This document shows, in pieces, positions 1 through 9,829 of a stretch of 64,000 bases of DNA (the first letter of the stretch is position 1; each line of letters opens with the position of its first letter). The stretch is from the NCBI GenBank assembly GCA_030603365.1, contig JAUVXV010000001.1, positions 192,001-256,000 of the forward strand, written 5' to 3'. Under the pieces are notes generated by a model, which ran no database searches, was not told where the DNA came from, and saw only the letters and a program-made list of their open reading frames with translations. The DNA is from Candidatus Heimdallarchaeota archaeon. GTDB taxonomy: Archaea > Asgardarchaeota > Heimdallarchaeia > Heimdallarchaeales > Heimdallarchaeaceae. The position numbers and the translations under genes are program-made.

Positions 1-158
1 GCAATAAGTATCTTTGATATTTATTAGTCTCTTTCGGTAAAAAGCATTTAGTTCTCATTTAAATCATAAAAGAGTTTAAATGCATTTGGTACATAGGCTT
101 ACTAAATACACATAAATAAAGTTGAAATCTCAACTAACCTATATCCGGTGAATTAACA

Positions 159-566
159 ATGGAGGAACTAACTTACTCGTCAATCTATAAATCAGCAGAT
201 GACACAAAAATTGAAGACCAAGTAAAAGTCGCACTTTCTGAAATTACTAAATCTAGTAATATTCTAAGCATCTATTCCATGAATGCTCGGGCAATATATT
301 TCTTTCCTGTAGCTTCTGATGTATATCAGTTAAGTATTCAGATTTTTCCACTGACCCCAGAGATTGTTGCACAAATTATGACAAAAGTCTCAGAGTTTTC
401 AACCAAGGTAATTTACAGTACTGGATTATGTTTAGTAGAAAATAGGTGTTTTTGGGAAGGATTTCTACAAGAAAAGGATTTAACAAAAGATATTGAAGAA
501 ATCAAAATGATTTTAGAATCTATTGCAGAAGTAAAAGGAATAACAATAGAGAAAGTAACGAAGTAG
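159..566 (+). CDS. Hypothetical protein, possibly ACT-like fold
   Basis: 135-aa ORF with GGTGA RBS upstream; alternating beta/alpha pattern; family not firmly recognised. Confidence 0.6.
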   Translation: MEELTYSSIYKSADDTKIEDQVKVALSEITKSSNILSIYSMNARAIYFFPVASDVYQLSIQIFPLTPEIVAQIMTKVSEFSTKVIYSTGLCLVENRCFWEGFLQEKDLTKDIEEIKMILESIAEVKGITIEKVTK

Positions 567-1514
567 TTAATTTAAGCTAACTTTTAGGTTTAAAACTCGA
601 ATAAACTCTTTGTATCTGTTTCTTAAAGTAACCTCAGTAATTTGGCAAACTTTAGCTATTTCATTTTGTGGACATTTTGTTTTATTTTGTAAAGCAGAAA
701 TATATAATGCAGCTGCTGCAAGAGAATTAGGATTTTTACCCACTGTTATTTTTGCTGCTTTTGCTTGAGAGAGAATTAATTGTGCATCATTCAATATTTT
801 GGGTTTAAAATTCAATAGTGATGCAAATTTGGCTATACTGCTTTCTGGACTTGCTAAAGGCATTTTTAAGTCAAGATGCTTAAGAAGCAGTCTGAAATTT
901 TTAGCTAATTTCTTTTTATTTAAACGTGTTTTATCTGCTATATCTTCTAAGGTGGCTGGTTGCTTGTGTAATCTACATGATAGATATAATGCTGCTGAAA
1001 CAAGAGCTTCAGTCGACCTCCCACGAACCAAACCAGTTTTTAGAATTTTTCTATATATCATGGCAGCTGTTTCACGAACCTTTATTGTTAAATTCAGCTG
1101 ACTACTTATTCTTTTGATTTCGTTCAAAGCTCTTAGGAGATTTCTTTCTGTACCATATTGTAATACTGCTCTTCTTTGTAAAGTTCGTAGTCTAAACATT
1201 TGACTTGCTTTTTCAGGAGACAAAGAATTGCCAAATATATCTTTGTTTGAGTAGTCTATCAAAGTACCATAATGGTCATATGTTAAAAGATTCTTTGGAG
1301 TTCCAGTTCTTGCTCGTTTAACATGCTGTTCTTTTGAATAGGCTCTCCATTCAGCTGTCTGATCAATATATGAATCTTCAATAACCAACCCACAACTTCC
1401 ACAACTTACCTCTCCTCTTGTTGAGTCAAAAGTCAATTTAGTTGAATTGCAGTCAGGACACCTTGGAAGAGAAGTTTCAGAGCTTATTGTAACATTGATT
1501 GGTTGTGGGGACAT
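567..1514 (-). CDS. tfb: Transcription initiation factor IIB (TFB)
   Basis: N-terminal Zn ribbon CPDC...CGSCG, AEWRAY B-reader, two cyclin repeats (GRSTEALVSAALY, GKNPNSLAAAALY, TEVTLRNRYKE). Confidence 0.97.
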   Translation of the reverse strand: MSPQPINVTISSETSLPRCPDCNSTKLTFDSTRGEVSCGSCGLVIEDSYIDQTAEWRAYSKEQHVKRARTGTPKNLLTYDHYGTLIDYSNKDIFGNSLSPEKASQMFRLRTLQRRAVLQYGTERNLLRALNEIKRISSQLNLTIKVRETAAMIYRKILKTGLVRGRSTEALVSAALYLSCRLHKQPATLEDIADKTRLNKKKLAKNFRLLLKHLDLKMPLASPESSIAKFASLLNFKPKILNDAQLILSQAKAAKITVGKNPNSLAAAALYISALQNKTKCPQNEIAKVCQITEVTLRNRYKEFIRVLNLKVSLN

Positions 1515-1749
1515 AAAAGCACCTAAGGTTGGTCTGGATATATTTTAACTATTGAGTATTTAAATTTGGCTGAACATTCTTACTCATTTATTAGTAACAC
1601 AATTGGCTGATTTAAGCAATTATTTTGATAATTTTCTTGCTCTTTAGGTTGAATTATTTTAGTTATAGATAAAAACTGTTAAAAACAAACCTCTTGGCTA
1701 TAGATTAAACAACTAATTTACAGAATCTTATATTAACGGGGTGTAAATA

Positions 1750-2157
1750 ATGTCACAAAAATCAAGACAACTCGAATTTAAGCTAAATATTGGTGATAAG
1801 ACTGGTAAATGTCATACAAAAATAGTAAGAGATTCCCAAGCAAATTCTCTTATTGGTTTGAAACTAGGGAGCAAAGTTGATGGTAATTTAGTAGGTTTGC
1901 CATCTTGGGAATTTGTCATTACTGGAGGTAGCGATGCAGATGGTTTTCCTCATAGATCCGGTATTCAAGGTTCTGGTAGAAGAAAATACTTACTTACAGG
2001 TGGAGTAGGTTATAAGGTTCACCGCAAAGGTAGGCGTACAAAGAAATCTGTTAGAGGCAATGTAATTTCTGAAAGCTCTTATCAGATTAATATGAAAGTT
2101 TCAAAAGCTGGTAGTAAAACCTTAGAAGAACTTGTTTCTGAAATTAGTTCTAGCTAA
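1750..2157 (+). CDS. rps6e: 30S ribosomal protein S6e
   Basis: ITGGSDADGFP, G-R-KKSVRGN and QINMKV motifs. Confidence 0.96.
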   Translation: MSQKSRQLEFKLNIGDKTGKCHTKIVRDSQANSLIGLKLGSKVDGNLVGLPSWEFVITGGSDADGFPHRSGIQGSGRRKYLLTGGVGYKVHRKGRRTKKSVRGNVISESSYQINMKVSKAGSKTLEELVSEISSS

Positions 2158-2187
2158 ATAAAATACAAATGGGAAATTTCCCAAAAA

Positions 2188-2700
2188 TCATTTCTTTTTC
2201 TTATCTTTACCTTTGTCTTTAGATTTTTGTTCTTCCTCTTCATCTGGTTCAGTTAAGAAAATATAGACAATTGATAGAATAATTACTCCAATGAGAACAC
2301 CAAATATCGTCCATTGCATTGCTGTGTTATAATTTGGGTTTCCCCCAACTCCTTTAGGACGAATTTCAGTAAGCATCCAAGTTACAAGAATAGCGATTAC
2401 TGATGAAATTACAAATGTTCCCCATGAAGGAAGATTCGCTCGAATTTCACTAAATGTAGCAAGAGCTAGTAACAAGAAGAAATAGAATAGTGATACAAGT
2501 ACTGCTGTTATAATAGTTAATCCTACACCATAAATACTACCTGGATCTTCGTAATACAATCCCACAAGCCAACTTGGAGCAGTTAATGGTTCCCAACTAG
2601 CAAATACTATGGCTAAAATTAAAGCTGCGAGTAAAATAATTGAACTTAATAATAGTGTTCTGTTTCTATCATCCTTCCAAACTTTCTCATACAAACCCAT
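2188..2700 (-). CDS. Integral membrane protein (about 4 TM) with acidic/Lys-rich C-tail
   Basis: Four hydrophobic segments; GGAG RBS upstream. Confidence 0.75.
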   Translation of the reverse strand: MGLYEKVWKDDRNRTLLLSSIILLAALILAIVFASWEPLTAPSWLVGLYYEDPGSIYGVGLTIITAVLVSLFYFFLLLALATFSEIRANLPSWGTFVISSVIAILVTWMLTEIRPKGVGGNPNYNTAMQWTIFGVLIGVIILSIVYIFLTEPDEEEEQKSKDKGKDKKKK

Positions 2701-2903
2701 CTTTTGTGTCTCCTTGTATGTAATTCGTGCTTGCTAAATGAATGTTTTCAAAACATAGTACTGGTTACTATGTTTCAATGAAACTTTTAAGATAAGTTTA
2801 TTAACTTTTGGCTTACTGATTTTATTAAACAGAACCTTCTCCAAATAAGGAAGATTTTTGAAGATAATTTTTTTACTAAAATCTAGTCATTAGAGGATAG
2901 AAA

Positions 2904-3746
2904 ATGTCAAATAAAGAAATTTCTAAAGGTAATGGTTTCCTTACCTGTGAAAATTATGTCCCTTTCAACGAAGTAAATATAATGAGAAATTTCTTTAAAA
3001 TAGCATATGATTTGAAGATTCCTTTGGTTGTAATCGATAACATGTCAATTCAAGAGAGGACTATATTTCTACAAAATTTAGATCCAGAGAATTCCATTGT
3101 TACCACCTCACAGCAGATTTATGATAGTTTAAAGACAGAAAATATCACTACTAATCAATTGAAGACGGCCTATACAAAATTCATCTATTCAAATGAAAGT
3201 CTAAAATGTCTTATTGTAACCAGAAAGACACTAACAGGAAATTCCATTGAAAAGATAAAACAGCAATTGGGAAGTTTTCGATATCAGTATGAGATTATCT
3301 CATTTTATTCAGATGATCAAACCGCATTAAAATGGGCAGCACAGGATAGAAGAATTGATTATATCACAATCGAAATCCTTGGAAATTCTAAGTCAATAGA
3401 CCAAGCTTTGTGTTCCGTAGTTAAACAGAAAAGCAAATGCTTTGAGATAATAATTTCTCCTTTGATTAATGCCAAGAGCGATAGAGAACTCAGTGAAGTT
3501 TTACGAAAAGGAAGAAAACTGATGCAACTAATAACATCAACAAATACTCCTTTTATTTTTACAATGAAGCCTAAATCTCCATTACAGCTAAGAACAGGTT
3601 CACAAATGAGACTCCTTGGGGGTTTGTTGGAAGTTTCATATAATAAAACAAAAGAAAGTATTTTTGGGAAACAACTAGAAATTCTAATTGCAAATACAAT
3701 CAAACTACATGAATCATATATTTTTGAAGGTGTGAAGGAGGTTTAA
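2904..3746 (+). CDS. rnp3: Ribonuclease P subunit Rpp30
   Basis: WAAQDRRIDYI, FEIIISPLI and SPLQLR motifs; directly upstream of Pop5. Confidence 0.82.
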   Translation: MSNKEISKGNGFLTCENYVPFNEVNIMRNFFKIAYDLKIPLVVIDNMSIQERTIFLQNLDPENSIVTTSQQIYDSLKTENITTNQLKTAYTKFIYSNESLKCLIVTRKTLTGNSIEKIKQQLGSFRYQYEIISFYSDDQTALKWAAQDRRIDYITIEILGNSKSIDQALCSVVKQKSKCFEIIISPLINAKSDRELSEVLRKGRKLMQLITSTNTPFIFTMKPKSPLQLRTGSQMRLLGGLLEVSYNKTKESIFGKQLEILIANTIKLHESYIFEGVKEV

Positions 3747-3749
3747 AAT

Positions 3750-4076
3750 TTGGTAACCATTATACGAGATAGGTATGTAGTTTTCCGAATATACACGTCT
3801 GTAACAAAACTTGAAGAATCTTTCCTCAAATCAACAATTTGGCGAATTTATCAAAATATTTATGGCCTATTTGGGTCCTCTAACGCTGGTCTATACTTTG
3901 AAAGTTTTGATGAAAAAGAAAAAACTGGTATAATACGTTGCACACATACTTCCTTATCTCAGTTACTTACAGTTCTTGCCTATATGACTGAATTGAAAGA
4001 AACAGAGATTTTAGTTAGGATATTGAATGTTAGTGGAACAATTGGTAAAGCAAAGAAAATACTTTCCATAAAATAA
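3750..4076 (+). CDS. rnp2: Ribonuclease P subunit Pop5/Rpp14
   Basis: RDRYVVF, GIIRC, VSGTIGKAK motifs. Confidence 0.92.
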   Translation: MVTIIRDRYVVFRIYTSVTKLEESFLKSTIWRIYQNIYGLFGSSNAGLYFESFDEKEKTGIIRCTHTSLSQLLTVLAYMTELKETEILVRILNVSGTIGKAKKILSIK

Positions 4077-4123
4077 TTTTAATACCATAATCTTGATTAA
4101 TCTTATAGGAATTTTGATTTAGT

Positions 4124-4624
4124 ATGAACTCCAGTGATAACGTAAAACAACCTCAAAAAAGAATGAGACCTTCATGGGATGAATATTTCATGAATATCGC
4201 AGAACTTGCAAAAACAAGATCATCTTGTATTAGAAGACAAGTTGGGGCTGTATTAGTAAATGATAAACACCAGATTATTTCTACTGGATATAACGGTGTA
4301 CCCCGAGGGATAGTTCATTGTACAATAGATACTTGTACAAAACTCTATGAGGAATCCGGAGAAAAGAACGAAATTTGTCCTGCAGTTCATGCGGAGCTTA
4401 ATGCAATCTTACAAGCAGCCACTGCAGGAATTAGCTCAGAAGGAACAACTTTGTATTCTACAACACGTCCTTGTGGTAATTGTACCATGGCTATACTAAA
4501 TGCTGGAATAAAAAGAGTTGTTTTTCTTGAAGATTATACTGATCCCATTCTGCGTTCTGGGTGGTTAAATTCATCAAATGTTGTTTTTGAAAAGTATGAA
4601 CCCCCAGAAAAGAAAAATGATTGA
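4124..4624 (+). CDS. dCMP deaminase family protein
   Basis: RPSWDEYFM, RRQVGAV, GYNG, HAE and PCxxC zinc ligands. Confidence 0.92.
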   Translation: MNSSDNVKQPQKRMRPSWDEYFMNIAELAKTRSSCIRRQVGAVLVNDKHQIISTGYNGVPRGIVHCTIDTCTKLYEESGEKNEICPAVHAELNAILQAATAGISSEGTTLYSTTRPCGNCTMAILNAGIKRVVFLEDYTDPILRSGWLNSSNVVFEKYEPPEKKND

Positions 4625-4634
4625 TAATTTCAGT

Positions 4635-6218
4635 TCATAGTTTTTTCTCTTTCTTAATCTCTACTGATAAAACAGTATTATGAGCGGTTTGTTGATAGAA
4701 TGAATTCTTAGAAGCTTTTGTTAAAATTTGTAGAGAATCTATTATTTCTTCTGAGTAATATTCTGAAATATCCAAAGGTATGTTCTTTTGTAGAGCCTTT
4801 TTCTGAACTTTAAATAGGACATCTCCTTTGTTGAAAATCATTTCATATGGTTTCATATCTTTTAGCTCTATTTCTGTTTCATTAGAAATCTCCCCCTTGA
4901 TAACCTCATATTTTCTTAAATCAAAAACATGGTTAGGTGTTAAAGAGACATAGTGTTTGATTCTTCTTACGTCAGATTTTCTTTTTGAGAAATTTACTTC
5001 TTTAATTATGTTCAGATTCTTATCTAGAACTAATATTTTATTATCTTCTCCAACAGTGATGATATTTCCCTCATAATAAAAAATTCCAAGTATACGTTTA
5101 TTATGCAATTTTATGCTAGAAGATATCTCAAGGTTTGAATTATTTAGAACCAGAATTTTCCCTGAATTTAATGCTATAATTAAGCTATCTGGTGTTATAT
5201 CTGCACTTGTAATTAACGATATTCCAGGATGTTTTTTTATAATCTCCAAATCTGTATCAAGTAGAAATAGATCTCCGTTTCCTAAACCAACGATTATGTG
5301 ATTATTGGTTGTTTTAAGAAGTGAAAACGGTTTATCTGGCAATCTGACTCTTTTTTCTGGCCTTTGCTTAAGAATATCGAATTTTACAATAGTAGAATCA
5401 AGTGAGGTTGTATATAGATAATTACCGTGTAATTCTATGCCAGTAATATGGTTCCCATGAACAAAAAATGCTTTATGCAACTTCAAGGTTTGTTTATTCC
5501 AAATAGAAACAAATCCAAATTCATGGCCTAGGATAATGAATTCTGATGTTGATTTGAATGATAATATAGAAAAACCATTTCTCCTTGAGATATTGAATAA
5601 AAGAGTGTGAGGATCTTTCTTTTTGAATTCTTCAACATATTTTGAAGCTTTTCTAATTAATTTGAGGACCTTGGCATCACTAACGAATAGGGATTTAATC
5701 TGTTTGAAATCCTCTGCTTCTAAAACTATTTTTGCTCCTTCTGCACATGAGAGATACAGCTTATCTTCATCAGAAAAATATTTGTCTACAGAAATAACAC
5801 GAGTTTTAGAAACCAAATTCAGTTTATTATCTTTTATTTTCCATTTTTTAAGCTGAAGATCTTTGCTAGCACTAATGACATGTTCCTTCCAAGCTTTTGC
5901 TCCTAACATCGAAGATATATGAGCTTCTTTAGAATCAGCTAATTCAAAGTTTTTAAAAAACCATATTTTCAATTTTCGTTCCTGAGCCGAAGTTATAAGA
6001 TATTTTTTGTCTGTTGTACTTTGAATATCAATTATTGAATTATTGTGTGCGTAAATGCAACCGTGTTCTTTATCCAAGTTTATGTCCCAAATACAAATTC
6101 TCCCATCTTGACTTCCTGTAAAAAGATAACCATCTATTTCTCGGATAGTATTTACAGCTTTTTGATGACCGGGTTGATGGTAGAGTACATCAACAAAATC
6201 TGTATTTGGGTTATTCAC
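4635..6218 (-). CDS. WD40-repeat beta-propeller protein
   Basis: GH...TGSQDGRICIWD, SAQERKLKIW, SASKDLQLKKW, TSLDSTIVKFD repeats. Confidence 0.85.
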   Translation of the reverse strand: MNNPNTDFVDVLYHQPGHQKAVNTIREIDGYLFTGSQDGRICIWDINLDKEHGCIYAHNNSIIDIQSTTDKKYLITSAQERKLKIWFFKNFELADSKEAHISSMLGAKAWKEHVISASKDLQLKKWKIKDNKLNLVSKTRVISVDKYFSDEDKLYLSCAEGAKIVLEAEDFKQIKSLFVSDAKVLKLIRKASKYVEEFKKKDPHTLLFNISRRNGFSILSFKSTSEFIILGHEFGFVSIWNKQTLKLHKAFFVHGNHITGIELHGNYLYTTSLDSTIVKFDILKQRPEKRVRLPDKPFSLLKTTNNHIIVGLGNGDLFLLDTDLEIIKKHPGISLITSADITPDSLIIALNSGKILVLNNSNLEISSSIKLHNKRILGIFYYEGNIITVGEDNKILVLDKNLNIIKEVNFSKRKSDVRRIKHYVSLTPNHVFDLRKYEVIKGEISNETEIELKDMKPYEMIFNKGDVLFKVQKKALQKNIPLDISEYYSEEIIDSLQILTKASKNSFYQQTAHNTVLSVEIKKEKKL

Positions 6219-6305
6219 AGTTATTTCAAACCTTGTACTCTAATTAAGATTTTACATTATAGTCTTACTTATGATTGATTGAAACAAAAAAATAGTGTTA
6301 AATAT

Positions 6306-6363
6306 TGGCTCATTTAGTCGTGAGTTCTTCATCAATCCGACGGGGACGGTTTAATCATCGCCA
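6306..6363 (-). ncRNA. Box C/D guide sRNA
   Basis: Minus strand reads TGGC-GATGA (C) TTAAACCGTCCCCGT CGGA (D') T-TGATGA (C') AGAACTCACGACTAA ATGA (D) GCCA. Terminal stem TGGC/GCCA, two ~15-nt guides, AT-rich TATA-like stretch about 25 nt upstream. Confidence 0.78.
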
Positions 6364-6440
6364 TATAATCTCTTAATTATATGGTTTTTATTTATTACTC
6401 TGTATGAGTGGGTTCGAAAAGAAAAGAAAGGAAAGGTAAA

Positions 6441-9400
6441 TTACAAAGGTTTGATACCAACTGTAACTTCGTAATCATCGAACTTCCATTCTTTTATTAA
6501 ACCATCTTGTGGTTTACCTAGAATTAATTCTGTAGTCAATGTTTCCTCTTTGATATACTCTTTGAATTCTTCTATAGCTTGAGAACCAAAAGCATCAGTA
6601 TCTATAGCTAATTCGATGTTTTGAGTATATTCTAAGTCAAGTTCTTTTCTCATGGTCTGAACTCTCCTTATTATATCACGTACATACCCTTCTTTTTTCA
6701 ATTCTTCAGTAATTGTAGAATTAAGAAGTAATAGATATCCTTCTGATTCTTCTCCGGCAAATCCTTCATGTACATCTATTTTATACTCCAAATCTTCAGG
6801 AGTAAGCTTGATCTCCTTTCCGTTTACATTTAATGTTATATTTTCTCCTTTAGCTAACACTTCTACATACTCTCTTGCTTTGTCTGGTTCTAGATTTTCT
6901 AGATGAGTTCGAATATTGTTTACTGCTGATCTAACCTTTGGAGCTAAAACCTTGAAATTTGGTTTTATGATGTAGTTTACTAACTCTTCCGAACTTTGCT
7001 TTAATGTTACCCTCTTAACATTTAATTCTTCTATGAAAACCTCCTCATACTTCTCTATCAAATCTTTCTTTCCTAAAGGAGATATTACTATAAGCTCAGA
7101 AAGAGGCTGTCTTAGTTTTATGTTGGCAGATGATCGTATGCTTCTACCAGTTGTAACCAAAGCAAGTACTTTGTTCATCTCTTGTGATAACTTAGCATTG
7201 ACTTGTTTTTTTTCCAATATTGGATAAGAAAGTAAATGAACACTTATAGAGGCATCAGGGTCTAATTCTCTTACAAGATTGTGATATAACTGTTCTGCAA
7301 TAAATGGGATGAAAGGAGCTAGTAGTTTTGAAAGAGTTACTAATACTTCATATGTTGTTATGTAAGCTGATTTCTTATCTACATCTAGCTGATTCTTCCA
7401 AAATCTTCTTCTTGACTGGCGTAGGTACCAATTACTGAATTTGTCTATGACAAAATTCTCAAAAGCTTGTACTGCAATATTAACAGTCATATTTTCTAGA
7501 GCTTCATCTATGGTTTCAGAGAGATAGTTTATCTCGCTTATCAACCATTTATCAAGTTCAGACCTTTCTTTTAATGGAACATTAAATGTTGAAGTGTCAA
7601 ATTTATCTACATTGGCATTTGAAACAAAGAAACTGTAGCTATTCCACAAAGTTAGTATAAATTTCTTCATTGAATCATAGATATGAGTAGGGTCAACACG
7701 TACACTATTCCATGTTGGGTATGAGTAGAGGAACCATCTTACTGCGTCTGCTCCATACTTGGGGATAACATCATCTGCTCTGATCATATTCCCTTTGCTT
7801 TTACTCATCTTCTTTCCTTTCTCATCTAGAGTGTGTCCCATCGACAAACATTTTTTGAATGCAGGTTTATCAAATAGAACTGTGCTGATAGCTAATAATG
7901 TATAAAACCAACCTCTTGTTTGATCAATTGCTTCAGTTATGAAGTCATATGGAAAATGCTTATTGAATAAATCTTTATTTTCAAATGGGTAATGATATTG
8001 TGCAAAAGGTGCACTACCCGCATCATACCAGCAATCTACTGTATATGGTACTCTAGTACTAGTTTTTTGACATTCAGGACAATTAAACGTTATCTCATCA
8101 ACCCAGGGTCTGTGTAAACTGAATCCTTCAGCTAAAGGTTTCCCATATAGTTCTTTAAGTTCCTCTAAGCTACCTACAACAGTTGCATGGTTGTTATCAC
8201 ATAACCAGATTGGTAAAGGTGTACCCCAAAATCTATTTCGTGATAAAGCCCAATCTCTAACTTCTTGAATGAAATTACCGAATCTTCCTTCTTTGAGATG
8301 AGCAGGTTGCCATCTTATTTGTTCGTTGTTTGCGACAAGCCTATCTCGCATTTTAGACATTTCAATATACCAAGTTTCAGTTGAATAGTAGAGCAATGGG
8401 CCATCACAACGATAACAGAAAGGATAGGTGTGTTTATACACTCCTTTTTTAAAGAGCAAATCTCTGTTCTTCAAATCTTCCATTATTTTGGAATCAGCAT
8501 CTTTAACAAACAAGCCTGCAAAATCTTTGATTTCCTCTGAAAACGTACCATCTTCAAGTACAGGATTCATAACTGGTAATCCATATTTCTTTCCGATTAT
8601 AGAATCATCCTCTCCAAATGCAGGGGCTGAATGAACAATTCCTGTTCCTTCCTCGGTCGTTACATATTTCGCTAATGTAACGTAGAATGCTTCTTCCTTT
8701 GGTACTATGAAAGGGAATAGTTGCTCATATTTGTTGAATTCAAGATCTTTTCCTTTGAATTTTTGAAGAACTATATGATCAGTTAATAATTCCTCGGCTA
8801 TTGCTTCAGCTAAGATTAATTTTTCTCCATTATATTCAACTTGTACGTAATCCACATCCGGATTTACTGTTAAACAGACATTGGAAATTAATGTCCATGG
8901 TGTAGTTGTCCATGCTAGGTAGTATGTATCTTCAAAATCTAATGCTTTGAATTTTACATGTATTGAAGGGTCTGTTGTTTCCATCATTCCTTGTCCTACT
9001 TCATGTGAAGACAATGGTGTTCCACATCTAGGACAATAAGGAACTACTTTATACCCCAGATAGAGTAAGCCTTTCTTATGTATCTCCTTTATAGACCACC
9101 AAACGCTCTCAACATAGTTTTCATCTAATGTGGCATATCTGTTTTCAAAATCCACCCAGAATCCTATGCGTTCGGACATGTCTTTCCATTCTTTTACATA
9201 TTTGAAGACAGATTTTCTACATTCATCGTTGAAGTTACTTAATCCAAATTCCTCGATTTGATTTTTATCTGAAAATCCGAGGGTTTTTTCTACTTCTAAT
9301 TCAACAGGAAGACCATGACAATCCCATCCTGCTATCCAAGGAACAACTTCAAATCCGTGCATTGATTTATGTCGAAGAAACACATCTTTGATAGCTCGAG

Positions 9401-9599
9401 TTAAAGCATGACCAATGTGAGGGAGACCATTTGCGGTTGGAGGTCCTTCTAACCATCGAAAGAGAGGACTTCCCTTTCTCATCTCTCTGAGCTTGTCGAA
9501 TATCTTGTTCTTCTCCCAGAATTCTAATACTTTTTCTTCTTCTTCAGGGAATGAAGGTAAGGCTTTAACTGGTTTGAATACTTGTTTTTTATTATCCAC
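6441..9599 (-). CDS. ileS: Isoleucine--tRNA ligase
   Basis: GPPTANGLPHIGH, GWDCHGLPVE, WTTTPWT, GTGIVH, DQTRGWF, KMSKS; archaeal/eukaryote-type C-terminus. Confidence 0.98.
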   Translation of the reverse strand: MDNKKQVFKPVKALPSFPEEEEKVLEFWEKNKIFDKLREMRKGSPLFRWLEGPPTANGLPHIGHALTRAIKDVFLRHKSMHGFEVVPWIAGWDCHGLPVELEVEKTLGFSDKNQIEEFGLSNFNDECRKSVFKYVKEWKDMSERIGFWVDFENRYATLDENYVESVWWSIKEIHKKGLLYLGYKVVPYCPRCGTPLSSHEVGQGMMETTDPSIHVKFKALDFEDTYYLAWTTTPWTLISNVCLTVNPDVDYVQVEYNGEKLILAEAIAEELLTDHIVLQKFKGKDLEFNKYEQLFPFIVPKEEAFYVTLAKYVTTEEGTGIVHSAPAFGEDDSIIGKKYGLPVMNPVLEDGTFSEEIKDFAGLFVKDADSKIMEDLKNRDLLFKKGVYKHTYPFCYRCDGPLLYYSTETWYIEMSKMRDRLVANNEQIRWQPAHLKEGRFGNFIQEVRDWALSRNRFWGTPLPIWLCDNNHATVVGSLEELKELYGKPLAEGFSLHRPWVDEITFNCPECQKTSTRVPYTVDCWYDAGSAPFAQYHYPFENKDLFNKHFPYDFITEAIDQTRGWFYTLLAISTVLFDKPAFKKCLSMGHTLDEKGKKMSKSKGNMIRADDVIPKYGADAVRWFLYSYPTWNSVRVDPTHIYDSMKKFILTLWNSYSFFVSNANVDKFDTSTFNVPLKERSELDKWLISEINYLSETIDEALENMTVNIAVQAFENFVIDKFSNWYLRQSRRRFWKNQLDVDKKSAYITTYEVLVTLSKLLAPFIPFIAEQLYHNLVRELDPDASISVHLLSYPILEKKQVNAKLSQEMNKVLALVTTGRSIRSSANIKLRQPLSELIVISPLGKKDLIEKYEEVFIEELNVKRVTLKQSSEELVNYIIKPNFKVLAPKVRSAVNNIRTHLENLEPDKAREYVEVLAKGENITLNVNGKEIKLTPEDLEYKIDVHEGFAGEESEGYLLLLNSTITEELKKEGYVRDIIRRVQTMRKELDLEYTQNIELAIDTDAFGSQAIEEFKEYIKEETLTTELILGKPQDGLIKEWKFDDYEVTVGIKPL

Positions 9600-9623
9600 T
9601 GTAATCTACTCCAAAATGTTTTT

Positions 9624-9719
9624 TAGGAAATTTATAAGGCACGCTATGGAGATATTTAAAAAAGAGTTTCTTTTTAGCGAATTTCGCGATCCATCCTAAT
9701 TCCTCTGTGCTTATTTCTA
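9624..9719 (-). promoter_or_regulatory. Structured 5' leader of ileS
   Basis: Nested pairings AAGCAC/GUGC(C)UU, AUGGA/UCCAU, GCGA/UCGC, AAAAAGA/UCUUUUU between a TTTTAAAA TATA-like box and the ileS start. Confidence 0.55.
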
Positions 9720-9829
9720 GTGTTCAGCTGTATTTTAAAAGCTTTTTGTCATTTACTTTGTTGATTCTACTGTTGGAATTTTACTTATTGTAGATGAAGT
9801 AGTTTAAAAAAATAAAGAAAGTGAGATGT

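Noticed and set aside
1-58. Possible 5' end of a minus-strand gene (MRTKCFLPKETNKYQRYLL...)
   Set aside because: Too short and truncated by the window edge to support
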